The translations under genes and the position numbers were made by a program. Under the pieces are notes generated by a model, which made no database searches, had not been told where the DNA came from, and worked only from the letters and a program-made list of their open reading frames with translations. Shown here in pieces: positions 19,500-29,300 of a stretch of 64,000 bases of DNA (within the stretch, counting starts at the first letter, position 1; each line of letters opens with the position of its first letter). Source of the stretch: Spirochaetota bacterium (lineage in GTDB: Bacteria; Spirochaetota; UBA12135; COTS27; CBDBHE01); the NCBI GenBank assembly GCA_965205605.1, contig CBDBHE010000002.1:32001-96000 (forward strand). Reading direction: 5' to 3'.

Positions 19500-20219
19500 A
19501 TGTCAGGACATAGTAAATGGTCTACAATTAAGCATAAAAAAGCATCCGCTGACGCTAAAAGAGGTAAGCTTTTTAGTAAACTTGTAAAAGAAATTACAGT
19601 TGCAGCTAGAATTGGAGGAGATAATTTAAGCTCTAATATTAGGCTTCGTTCTGCTGTTAATAAAGCCAAAGAAGCTAGTATGCCTTCTAAAAATATTGAA
19701 AATGCTATTAAAAAGGGGGCTGGAAATAAAGATGGAGTCAAGTATGAAGAAGTTGTTTATGAAGGTTATGCCCCAGGAGGGGTGGCTATTTTAGTCCAAT
19801 GCCTTACTGATAATAAGAATAGAACTGTTTCAGAAGTACGTTTTACCTTTGGTAAAAATGGAGGTAATCTAGGAGAAAATGGTTCTGTTGCTTGGCAATT
19901 TGAAAAAGTAGGGACCGTTTATATTGAAAGATCTGTTATATCAGAAGAAAAAATTATTGAAGAAGCTTTAGAGGCAGGGTCTGAAGATGTGATTTCTAAT
20001 CAGGAAGGTTATGTCATTAAAGTAAAGCCAGATCAATTTGAAAGTTTGGTAGAAGCTTTAAAAAAAAAGCAGATTTCGATTGTTAATTCAGAAATAGAGA
20101 TGTATCCTAAAAATTTTGTGACGGTTTCTAAAGAAATAGGTGAAAAAATTCTTAAATTGACACAATTACTTGATGATCTTGATGATGTACAAAGTGTTTC
20201 AAGTAATGAAAGCTTTTAA
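19500..20219 (+). CDS. yebC: YebC/PmpR family regulator
   Basis: MSGHSKWSTIKHKK, YEGYAPGG, TDNKNRT, LDDLDDVQ. Confidence 0.96.
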   Translation: MSGHSKWSTIKHKKASADAKRGKLFSKLVKEITVAARIGGDNLSSNIRLRSAVNKAKEASMPSKNIENAIKKGAGNKDGVKYEEVVYEGYAPGGVAILVQCLTDNKNRTVSEVRFTFGKNGGNLGENGSVAWQFEKVGTVYIERSVISEEKIIEEALEAGSEDVISNQEGYVIKVKPDQFESLVEALKKKQISIVNSEIEMYPKNFVTVSKEIGEKILKLTQLLDDLDDVQSVSSNESF

Positions 20220-20231
20220 ATAAAAGGTTGT

Positions 20232-20702
20232 ATGATTTTGGGAATTGATCCAGGGTTTGCAATAACAGGTTTTGCTGTTTTAAAAAATAACACTTCTCTT
20301 TTTTTACAAGAATGTGGGATTATTAAAACCTCTGTAAAAGATGATTTTCCAAAAAGACTCTTTGATGTAGAAAATAATTTACAAGAAATTACCAGTCATT
20401 ATTCTTTCTCTGGTGCTGCTGTTGAAAGTCTTTTTTTTTATGACAATAAAAAAACAGCCATTCATGTCGCTCATGCTCGAGGGGTTATTTTAAAAACACT
20501 TTATCAATTAAAAATTCCTACTTATGAATACACTCCCCCACAAGTAAAAAAAGCTCTAACCGGTAATGGTCATGCAACTAAATTAGAAGTACAAGGAATG
20601 GTTGAACGTATTTTAAATTTAAAAGATTTTTCTATTTCACAAGATGATGCTTGTGATGCCATTGCCATTGCCATTTGCCATTCTTATTTGATGAAGCGAT
20701 AA
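20232..20702 (+). CDS. ruvC: Holliday junction resolvase RuvC
   Basis: ILGIDPG, AVESLFF, EYTPPQVKKA.TG.G.A.K, DDACDA.AIA.CH. Confidence 0.95.
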   Translation: MILGIDPGFAITGFAVLKNNTSLFLQECGIIKTSVKDDFPKRLFDVENNLQEITSHYSFSGAAVESLFFYDNKKTAIHVAHARGVILKTLYQLKIPTYEYTPPQVKKALTGNGHATKLEVQGMVERILNLKDFSISQDDACDAIAIAICHSYLMKR

Positions 20703-20707
20703 TTTTT

Positions 20708-21325
20708 ATGTATGATTATTTAGAAGGAAATTTTGTTGAAAAAAGACGGCAATATTTGATTTTGGATGTGGGCGGAATTGGGTATAAGCTTTTTGTTCCT
20801 TTGCATATCAATCAGGATCCATTTGATTTATTTAGTAAAATTAAACTTTATATATATATGCAGCAAACTGAAGAAACCATTAATTTATATGGTTTTCTAG
20901 ATAAAAAAGAAAGGGATTTTTTTGAGAAACTTATTTCGATTTCTGGTATAGGGCCTAAACTTGCTATTAAGATTCTTTCTTCTGTTTCTTATGTAACAAT
21001 GGTTGAAATGATTTTACTTGAAGATAAAGAAGGTTTAAAAAAAATACAGGGTTTAGGGCCCAAAACAGCCATTAAAGTTTTAGTTGACTTAAAAGATAAA
21101 CTTAAAGATTTTCCGATTTATTTAGACGTTTCATCAAAAGCATCTACAGGCAGTACCCGTCAATTGGAGTTTATCATAGAGCTTAAACAGGCTCTTGGTA
21201 CATTGGGTTATAAAGATTTTGAAATAATAAAGGTAATTGATCTTCTTAGTAAAGAAAAAAAACTAACTGACCTTGAAACGAGCATTAAAGCAGCTTTGTT
21301 AATTTTGTCACCTTTAAAAAAATAA
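20708..21325 (+). CDS. ruvA: Holliday junction branch migration protein RuvA
   Basis: ATG 20708; DVGGIGY, LYGF, ISGIGPK.A, GLGPKTA, ALGTLGY. Confidence 0.93.
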   Translation: MYDYLEGNFVEKRRQYLILDVGGIGYKLFVPLHINQDPFDLFSKIKLYIYMQQTEETINLYGFLDKKERDFFEKLISISGIGPKLAIKILSSVSYVTMVEMILLEDKEGLKKIQGLGPKTAIKVLVDLKDKLKDFPIYLDVSSKASTGSTRQLEFIIELKQALGTLGYKDFEIIKVIDLLSKEKKLTDLETSIKAALLILSPLKK

Positions 21326-21336
21326 AGGAAACTCCT

Positions 21337-22395
21337 GTGTTTGAAAAGAAAACAACCATCACAAGTCCTGATGATTTTCATTTGCATCTTAGAGAAGGGA
21401 AGATGATGAAAGCGGTGTTGCCTTACACAAGTGCTATTTTTTCTAGAGCTTTAATTATGCCTAATTTAACTTCTCCTATTGACACGGTTTCTAAAGCCTT
21501 GACTTATAGAAATCAAATCTTAAAAGCTCTCCCTAAAGGTCATTTTTTTGATCCTTTAATGACTCTGTATATGACAAAAAATTTTTCAGCTAAAGAAATC
21601 ATTAAAGCAAAACAAAATCCTTTTATTTTAGGGGTTAAATATTATCCTGCTGGAGTCACTACAAATGCTTATTTTGGATTTAAAAATCAGGATAAGCTTT
21701 TTTCTATTTTAGAAACTATGGAAAAAGAAGCCTTACCTCTTATGATTCATGGGGAAATTCCAGATGAAAGTGTTGATGTTTTTGATTTAGAAAAATTTTT
21801 CATTGATAAAATGTTAAAGCCTATTGTAAAAAAATTTAAAAAATTAAAAATAACTTTAGAACATATTACTACAAAAGAAGCTTGTGAGTTTATCGAAGAA
21901 CATAAAAACCAACTAGGAGCAACGATTACCATTCATCATTTATTATTAAATAGAAATGATTTGCTTTTAAGAAAAATAAAACCACATTATTATTGTTTGC
22001 CTATTTTAAAACGAGAAGTCCATAGGAGAGCTATTGTAAAAGCAGCAACCTCAGGAAAGAAATGTTTTTTTTTAGGGACTGATAGTGCTCCTCATTCGAT
22101 TGAACAAAAACAATCTTCTTGTGGATGTGCAGGTATTTTTTCAGCTCCTATTGCGATGCAAGTTTGTGCTGACATTTTTGAAAAAGAAAATAAGCTACAA
22201 AATCTTGAAGCTTTTTCAAGCTTAAACGGAGCTTTTTTTTATGGTTTAAAAAAAAATAATACCAAAATTACTCTTATCAAAAAAAGAATAACAAATAACC
22301 GTCTTTGTTATTATGATCAAAAAAAATTCATTAGACCTTTTCTTTATAAAAAAAATATTGAATGGAGTATTTTAGAAAAAAGATTATTAAAATAA
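21337..22395 (+). CDS. pyrC: Dihydroorotase, homodimeric E. coli-like type
   Basis: PDDFHLHLR, MPNL, KYYPAGVTTN, HGE, LEHITT, CLPILK, GTDSAPH. Confidence 0.95.
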   Translation: MFEKKTTITSPDDFHLHLREGKMMKAVLPYTSAIFSRALIMPNLTSPIDTVSKALTYRNQILKALPKGHFFDPLMTLYMTKNFSAKEIIKAKQNPFILGVKYYPAGVTTNAYFGFKNQDKLFSILETMEKEALPLMIHGEIPDESVDVFDLEKFFIDKMLKPIVKKFKKLKITLEHITTKEACEFIEEHKNQLGATITIHHLLLNRNDLLLRKIKPHYYCLPILKREVHRRAIVKAATSGKKCFFLGTDSAPHSIEQKQSSCGCAGIFSAPIAMQVCADIFEKENKLQNLEAFSSLNGAFFYGLKKNNTKITLIKKRITNNRLCYYDQKKFIRPFLYKKNIEWSILEKRLLK

Positions 22396-22422
22396 TTGAT
22401 AATTAATATCACAATCAATCAA

Positions 22423-23346
22423 ATGAAAAATCAAAATATTTTAATTTGCGGAGGGACAGGTTTTATTGGTCAATATTTAATACGTTCATTTCTTAACGAA
22501 AAAAAAAAGATTGTTGTTTTAACTAGAAATATTAATCGAGCTAAAAAGATTTTCCCTAAAGAAATCACTCTTTATGAGTGGGCTTCTCCTTTGACAGAGT
22601 TGCCGCCAAAAAAAGCTTTTAGCTCTCTTAAAGGAATTATTAATCTTTCTGGAGAAAATGTAAGTCAGCGGAGATGGTCATTAATTCAAAAAAAAAAAAT
22701 TTTAGAATCAAGAGTTTTATTGACTCGAAATCTTGTTAGAGCAATTGAGAAATATCATGATCATCATAATCTGCCTGTTTATATAGGGGCTTCTTCTATT
22801 GGGTATTATGAAAAAAATAAACAAGAGCCGTTAGATGAGAACGCTCTTTTAGGAAATGATTTTCTAGCTTTGGTTTGTGATGCTTGGGAAAAAGAAATTT
22901 TTTCTTTAAAAAAAGCTAAAAGAAAAATTATTTTTAGAATAGGTATTGTGATAGGAAAAGAAGGAGGGGTCATCAAAAAACTTGTTCCAATCTTTCATTT
23001 TTTTTTTGGAGCAATTTTAGGATCGGGCAAACAAATGATGAGTTGGATCCATATAGAAGATTTTTCTCAAATGATTCGAAATGCTTTAGAAAACCCTTCT
23101 TATACAGGAGTTTATAATGCAACTAGTCCACAACCTATTAGTAATAAGGATTTTAGTAAAGCAATTGCTAAAAAATTAAGACGAATTGTTTTTTTAAAAA
23201 TCCCTTCTTTTTTTTTAAAAATTGTTTTAGGAGAAATGGCATCTTTGCTTTTAGATGGACAACATGTTTATCCTAAAAAAATCCTTTTAAAAGGATTTCG
23301 TTTTCGTTATTCTAATTTTTATAGAGGTTTAAAAAAAATTCTATAA
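22423..23346 (+). CDS. TIGR01777/YfcH family NAD-dependent epimerase-like oxidoreductase
   Basis: GGTGFIG, INLSGE, RWS...KK.I..SR, SSIGYY, G.G.Q..SWIHI.D, LGEM..LLL.GQ.V.P. Confidence 0.9.
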   Translation: MKNQNILICGGTGFIGQYLIRSFLNEKKKIVVLTRNINRAKKIFPKEITLYEWASPLTELPPKKAFSSLKGIINLSGENVSQRRWSLIQKKKILESRVLLTRNLVRAIEKYHDHHNLPVYIGASSIGYYEKNKQEPLDENALLGNDFLALVCDAWEKEIFSLKKAKRKIIFRIGIVIGKEGGVIKKLVPIFHFFFGAILGSGKQMMSWIHIEDFSQMIRNALENPSYTGVYNATSPQPISNKDFSKAIAKKLRRIVFLKIPSFFLKIVLGEMASLLLDGQHVYPKKILLKGFRFRYSNFYRGLKKIL

Positions 23347-23373
23347 AAATAAAAAACATTGTAAAAATAAAGA

Positions 23374-25737
23374 ATGAATTTTTTCCCACTCTTTTTTTTA
23401 ATTCTTAATTTTTTCCTTTTTTTTTCTTTTACAGTTGATCGAAAAACGATCCATTTAAGTGATCAAGAAGCAACTCCCTTAGAAAAAGATTTTTTTAAAG
23501 ATATAGCAGATGGTTCTTTAGATACTTTTAATTTTATAGAAGGTTATTTTGTTGTTACAGGGGTTGTAAATAAGAAGGAGTTTGATTTATTAAATAAAGC
23601 TTATCGAAAGAAAAAGAAACTTATTTTTTCATATATTTCTTCAAGTAGCTCTAAAAAAAAGGCAGAGAAGCTTTGTGAATTAATGCACCAAAAGAAACTT
23701 CTTAAACAGTACAGTTTTGATGCTGTCTTTGTAAAACCTCTTATTAAACAAGGGCTTTTTAATTGTGTGACTTCTAGTGCTGTTTATAGAGATTTAATGA
23801 TTACAGCAAAAATTAATTCAAAATTTGCTTTTGTTGATAAGCATATTTATAAATATGTTTATCTTAATAATGTTCCCATTCAAGTAGAACCTACCAATCC
23901 TTATGGATTTGATCCTGGAAAACATAATATGATTGTTCGCTCAAATGGCTCTCGAAGCTGGACACCAAAAGTGCGTTATCAAAATCCTAAAATTGTAGGT
24001 GATTTTAAATTTTTAGCTTCTCTGTACCTTGATGCTAGGGTATGGTCTAAAATAGCTGGAAATAATCTTGATAAAAACATTGCTTTTTGTAAAAAAGGGC
24101 TTATACTGGACCTTGAAAATGATTTTTTACAACAAAACTTTATTTATTGGACTTCTAAAAAAGCTAATAAACTTTATGCTCTTAAGCAATTTAATCATTT
24201 AGAATCTTTTGCTATTTCTTCTATTCAGGTTTTATCAGGGAATAAATATCAAAGTTACCAAAAAGAAATGTTACGTTTTATTGCGTATGCTTTGTTAGAT
24301 GAGCTTAGAAAAGAAGATTATCAATCAAGTAGTGATATGATTAATCGTTTAAAGAAAAAATTATCTAGAGAGTATTTTCAAAAAGTATTTCTAATCAGTG
24401 TACAAAAAGCCAATCGAATTTTTTTATCTAAAAATGAAATTGATAAATCTAAAATTCTGATAAAATTTAGTGAGCAGTGGTTATCTAAAAATAAACAATT
24501 TGAAGAACAAAAAAATATTGTTAGTAGAGTTGGTGCTAAATCAAGTAAAAAAATTGAAGAATTAATTAATTATTATCTTAAAGAAAAGAAAAGAAACCAC
24601 TTTAATGAAGGTCTTTTTTCTAAAGATATTTATGATCTTTCTTACCATTTGGGGGTTTTTGGAAGATTGAAAGATTTGAAAAAAAATTATTCTCTTCTTG
24701 AAGAGCACTTTCCAACAAAACTTTTAAATGAGATTTATAAAGTTTTAATAGTAAATCTTATTTATCAAAGTTATGACTTAAAAGAATACGATAAAGGGAT
24801 TGCTCTTTATCATTTTTCCAAAAAACTTTTTCAAGAAAGTCAAATTGATGAAAATTATATAGCACTTATTGATAAGTATGTTAGTGAACTTTTTTTTAAA
24901 GATAGCCTAAATGCTGCTATTCTTTTTCTAGTTTCAGAAGAAAAAAAATCAAAAGAAGTCTTTGCAAAACAAAATTATTTTGCTTCTAAACTAAGTGAAA
25001 TAGCTGAAAAAGAAATTAAAAGAAATAATAATTTTAGTATTTTTCTTTTTTTAAAAAATTTAAAAAATTCTCTTAGTGAAGCTGATTTTAATATTTTTAT
25101 TAAAAAAGCCATTATTAATGGTACTTATGTTTTAATTGAAGAAGGTTATTATGATAAAGCAATGCAATTAGTGGAAGAGACGATAGAGATTGGTTTTGAT
25201 AAAGAGCTTATTAAAAATAATTATTTATCAGCGGTAAATCGAAGAGTTGAATCTATTTTACTTCAAAAAGATGAAAAAAAGGCAATGAGTGTTTTGTCAA
25301 AAGCTTTACAGATTTATTCTAATTCTTCAAAGCTTAGGGAGTTAGTTATTTATCATTTAGGGACTTGCTTAGAATCTCTTTTAATTGAAGGTGATTTTAA
25401 AAAAGTAAATTATTTGATTTCAAAAATAAAGTCACTTTTAGATCAAAAATCATTTGATGATTTTCTAAAAAAACTTTATGTAAGTGCTTCTTACCAATTA
25501 ATTCAAAAAAAAGCATATCACCAGAGCTTGGATATTTGTGTGGAAGGATTGTCAAAAATAAAACATCAAGGTGATGAAATTTTAAACAATTATCGGTATG
25601 CTTTAAATGAATATTTGAGTGAATTAAAAAAAAAAAACCTTCAAAAAGCAAAGTCAGCATTAAAACAAGCGGTGAGAATACTTGGGGAAAATGATAAGGT
25701 GATTGTTTTTTGGAACAGGCGATTAAGAGGTTTTTAA
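23374..25737 (+). CDS. Secreted transglutaminase-like (Cys protease fold) domain plus TPR-like helical repeats
   Basis: Signal-like N-terminus; FNCVTSS...KHIY...VEPTNPYGFDPG; downstream helical repeats such as GYYDKAMQLVEE. Confidence 0.55.
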   Translation: MNFFPLFFLILNFFLFFSFTVDRKTIHLSDQEATPLEKDFFKDIADGSLDTFNFIEGYFVVTGVVNKKEFDLLNKAYRKKKKLIFSYISSSSSKKKAEKLCELMHQKKLLKQYSFDAVFVKPLIKQGLFNCVTSSAVYRDLMITAKINSKFAFVDKHIYKYVYLNNVPIQVEPTNPYGFDPGKHNMIVRSNGSRSWTPKVRYQNPKIVGDFKFLASLYLDARVWSKIAGNNLDKNIAFCKKGLILDLENDFLQQNFIYWTSKKANKLYALKQFNHLESFAISSIQVLSGNKYQSYQKEMLRFIAYALLDELRKEDYQSSSDMINRLKKKLSREYFQKVFLISVQKANRIFLSKNEIDKSKILIKFSEQWLSKNKQFEEQKNIVSRVGAKSSKKIEELINYYLKEKKRNHFNEGLFSKDIYDLSYHLGVFGRLKDLKKNYSLLEEHFPTKLLNEIYKVLIVNLIYQSYDLKEYDKGIALYHFSKKLFQESQIDENYIALIDKYVSELFFKDSLNAAILFLVSEEKKSKEVFAKQNYFASKLSEIAEKEIKRNNNFSIFLFLKNLKNSLSEADFNIFIKKAIINGTYVLIEEGYYDKAMQLVEETIEIGFDKELIKNNYLSAVNRRVESILLQKDEKKAMSVLSKALQIYSNSSKLRELVIYHLGTCLESLLIEGDFKKVNYLISKIKSLLDQKSFDDFLKKLYVSASYQLIQKKAYHQSLDICVEGLSKIKHQGDEILNNYRYALNEYLSELKKKNLQKAKSALKQAVRILGENDKVIVFWNRRLRGF

Positions 25738-25738
25738 A

Positions 25739-26272
25739 TTGACTTTTTTATTAAAGATTTTTTTGATCACGGTTTTTTTGTTTTTCACTTTATTTTCTCA
25801 GCAGAATATTACCGGTTGGGCTGATTTTAAACTGGGAATGAATTATAAAGAAGTTTTAGAAATGATCCAAAAAGAAATCATTCCTTGGATCAAGCTTAAA
25901 GGAGATCAACTCTCTGAAATCGAAGAAGAGAGAGAGGGTTATTCTTTGGAAATTTTACCAACTGATTTTTTAAAAGAAGGGTATTTTCAATTTAATAAGG
26001 AGAAAAAACTTTATTTAATTAAACTTGTTTTTGATAAAAAATATTTCTCTTTTCTTTCACTTATGACCCAACTAACTAATAAATATGGAAATCCTAATAA
26101 AACAACTTATAAAAAAGCTCAGTGGAATAATAATAATTTTTTTTTAGAGCTACAAAGAGATAGAGTTATTCGTTATTTTAATACGTCTATTTTTCAAAAA
26201 GAAACATTGCCTAAAAGTCAAGCAGAAAGTTTAATTAAAGAAAATATTAAAGATATTTTAGAATCTTTATAA
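25739..26272 (+). CDS. Hypothetical exported protein
   Basis: 177-aa ORF 1 nt after the previous stop; signal peptide, GW.DFKLGM and L..KYG.P motifs. Confidence 0.6.
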   Translation: MTFLLKIFLITVFLFFTLFSQQNITGWADFKLGMNYKEVLEMIQKEIIPWIKLKGDQLSEIEEEREGYSLEILPTDFLKEGYFQFNKEKKLYLIKLVFDKKYFSFLSLMTQLTNKYGNPNKTTYKKAQWNNNNFFLELQRDRVIRYFNTSIFQKETLPKSQAESLIKENIKDILESL

Positions 26273-26307
26273 GATTGTTATTGTAAGTTTTTGACATCAT
26301 CAATTGT

Positions 26308-29300
26308 TTATTGGTTTTCTTGTAAGATGAGTTCTACTTCGTAAATTTCCAAACTAAGGTGTTTAGAAATTTCTTCCTTACTCCAACCGATGCGGCTTAA
26401 AGATAAAACAGATTCTTTGGTGCTTTCTGTCATATTTTTTTCTTCATCATCTCTATCACCGATTATATTTTTTTGCCTTTCTTTATTCAATAGCTTTAAA
26501 GACATTTTAATTTGTTCGTCCAAAGTGTTTTTAATTTTTTTTGTTTCTTCTTTTTCACTGATTAAAGTTGTTTTCATTCCTAAAAGGTCGTCTTTCATTT
26601 TGTCTATAATTCTTTTTCTTTGCTCTATGTCTTGAAGAGCGATATCTAATTGGTCGTATTTTTCATTAAATTCGATGAGTTTTTTTTGATTTCCTTCTAA
26701 TATCATAGATTTGTTTTCGATTTTATCTAGTTGATTTTTAATATCAGCTTGATTTTCTTTAAGCTTATCACTATCTCTTTTTATATCAAAATGTTGCTCT
26801 TGAATTTCTTGATTTTCTTCGATAATATGTTTGTATTCTTTGATGGTTGAGTCAACTTCTATTTTAGAGTCTTTAATTTTTATAAAATCTTCCTTAATGG
26901 TATTTGAATCTTGACGAATAGAGTTAATTTGATTTAAAAAAACAATAATTTGTTTTTTTGATTTTTCGATTGAGTTAATTTTTGTATCAACTGTTTCTGA
27001 AAAGCTCTTGAGATTTTCTATTTTTTGATTTACCATTAAAATATCTCCTTCTTTAAGTGAGATTTTATTAAAGATTTTCTCAATTTGCTTTTGGGACAAT
27101 GTAGCTAGTTTAAGCTGTTTATCGACATCGCTAAGAGATGAAGATTTTTCTTTCATGCTTTCTATTTTTTCATTGTAATGCTTTATACTTTGATCTAATT
27201 TTTCTTTTAGAATATCTGTTTTTTTAAAGATGTTTGTTTGTTTTGTAAAATTATCAATTTGTTCTGCGATAGCAATAATTTTTTTGTTAATGCCTTCAAA
27301 TTGCTTATTAGATTCTAAAGAAAGCAATTTTTCTTTTTCTTTTAAGTTTTGACTAATTTTTGTAAAATCTTCTTCGATTTTTTGTTTTTTAGAAGTTAAT
27401 GTATTTTCTATTTTTTGAGATACTTCTTCGATATTTTTTTGGAATTCGACTTCTTGATTAGTAAGAGCTTTTTGATAATCTTTATGAAGAGAGTCGAATT
27501 TTTCTGTTAATTTACTTGCTTTATTTTGGTGCTGTTCTTTAAATAAGTCGATTTGTTGATCTAAAGAATCAATAATTTTTTTACTGGTTTTAATAAAGTT
27601 TTTAATTTTTTCTTTTCTTTCTTTTTCTTCTTGTTCGAAATTATTTTTCATTTCTTTTAATTTTTCTTTTTCTTCATTTAGGTTGTCTTTATGTTCAGTA
27701 TTTAAGTTTTCGATATCTTCAATGGCTTTTATTAGTTTTTTTTCATTAATTTCATTAATTTCAATTTCTGCTTGTTGTTGTTGTTCAATTAGATTTTGGA
27801 AGCTTTTTTGGTATTGTTCTAGCTCTTTATTTAGTTTGATTTCAAAATCAATAAATCGTTTGTCTTTTTTAGGAGATAAAGATTTAATTAGTTGATTGGA
27901 GTTTTGGATTTCGTTTTTCACATAATCTTTAAATTCTTTGATTTCGAAAAGCACATCATTTTGAAATTTTTCTTTAATATTAGAGAGTTCTTTTTGAGTA
28001 TTTTTAAGTTTATCTTGAAAATAGAGAGACTGCTTATTCATTTCATCTTGAGTTTTTTTCTTTTCATCTTTAGAGAAAGCATTAAGTTCTTGATGGGTTG
28101 AAGACTTAAGTTCTTTTAAAGTTTTTTCATTGTCTAAAATGAGTTTGTCTAATTTTTCTTTGCTACTGATGTCGTAATCTTCTATTTTGCCCATTAAATC
28201 TTTAAGGATAGATTTTTGTTTAGAAACTTCTTTAATTTCATTTGACATTTGGGTTTGAAATTTTTCTTTAAGGCTATTAAGTTCGTCTTGAGTTTTATTT
28301 GTTTTTTGGAAGACTAGATTAATTTCTTTATCCATTTTTAATTGGAGATCATTTTTAAGAGATTCAAATTGGTCTTTGTTTTTGATTTCTGCTTGCTTAG
28401 AAAGTTCTTTTTGAAAATCTTTAATAATATTTGAGATTTGTTTATTAGCGGTCGTTTTTTGTTGTTCGGCTTCTTTGAGGATAGTATCTATTTTAGAAAA
28501 GAATTTTTTTTTTTTTTTTTCTAAAAAAGCTAATTGGTTGTCGAGTTCTTGATGATTTTGATAATAAATATTAGATTTTTCTTCTTTTTGTTTATTAATA
28601 TCATTTACTTCATTTGACATTTGAGTTTGAAATTTTCCTTTTAAATTGATCAAATCTTTTTGAGTTTGTATTGTTTTTTTCTCGAAGGTTGAAAAAAGTT
28701 TTTCCATTTCTTTTTGAACTTTTTTCTTTTCATCTTTAGAGAAGTCATAGAGTTCTTGATGGGCTGAAGACTTAAGTTCTTTTAAAGTTTTTTCATTGTT
28801 TAAAATGAGTTTGTCTAATTTTTCTTTGCTACTGATGTCGTAACCTTCTATTTTATTCATTAAATTTTTTAGAGTTGAGGCTTGTTTGGTAAAGTTTTTA
28901 ATTTCATTTGACATTTGAGTTTGAAATTTTTCTTTAATATTAGAGAGTTCTTTTTGAGTATTTTTAAGTTTATCTTGAAAATAGAGAGACTGCTTATTCA
29001 TTTCATCTTGAGTTTTTTTCTTTTCATCTTTAGAGAAAGCATTAAGTTCTTGATGGGCTGAAGACTTAAGTTCTTTTAAAGTTTTTTCATTGTCTAAAAT
29101 GAGTTTGTCTAATTTTTCTTTGCTACTGATGTCATAATCTTCTATTTTGCCCATTAAATCTTTAAGGGTAGATTTTTGTTTAAAAACTTCTTTAATTTCA
29201 TTTGACATTTGGGTTTGAAATTTTTCTTTAATATTAGAGAGTTCTTTTTGAGTATTTTTAAGTTTATCTTGAAAATAGAGAGACTGCTTATTCATTTCAT

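Noticed and set aside
18910-19741. Antisense ORFs over guaA and yebC (likewise those over oppF, dapD, rplA, rpoB, rpoC and the coiled-coil gene)
   Set aside because: Shadow ORFs of strongly biased coding strands, with no motifs or RBS.
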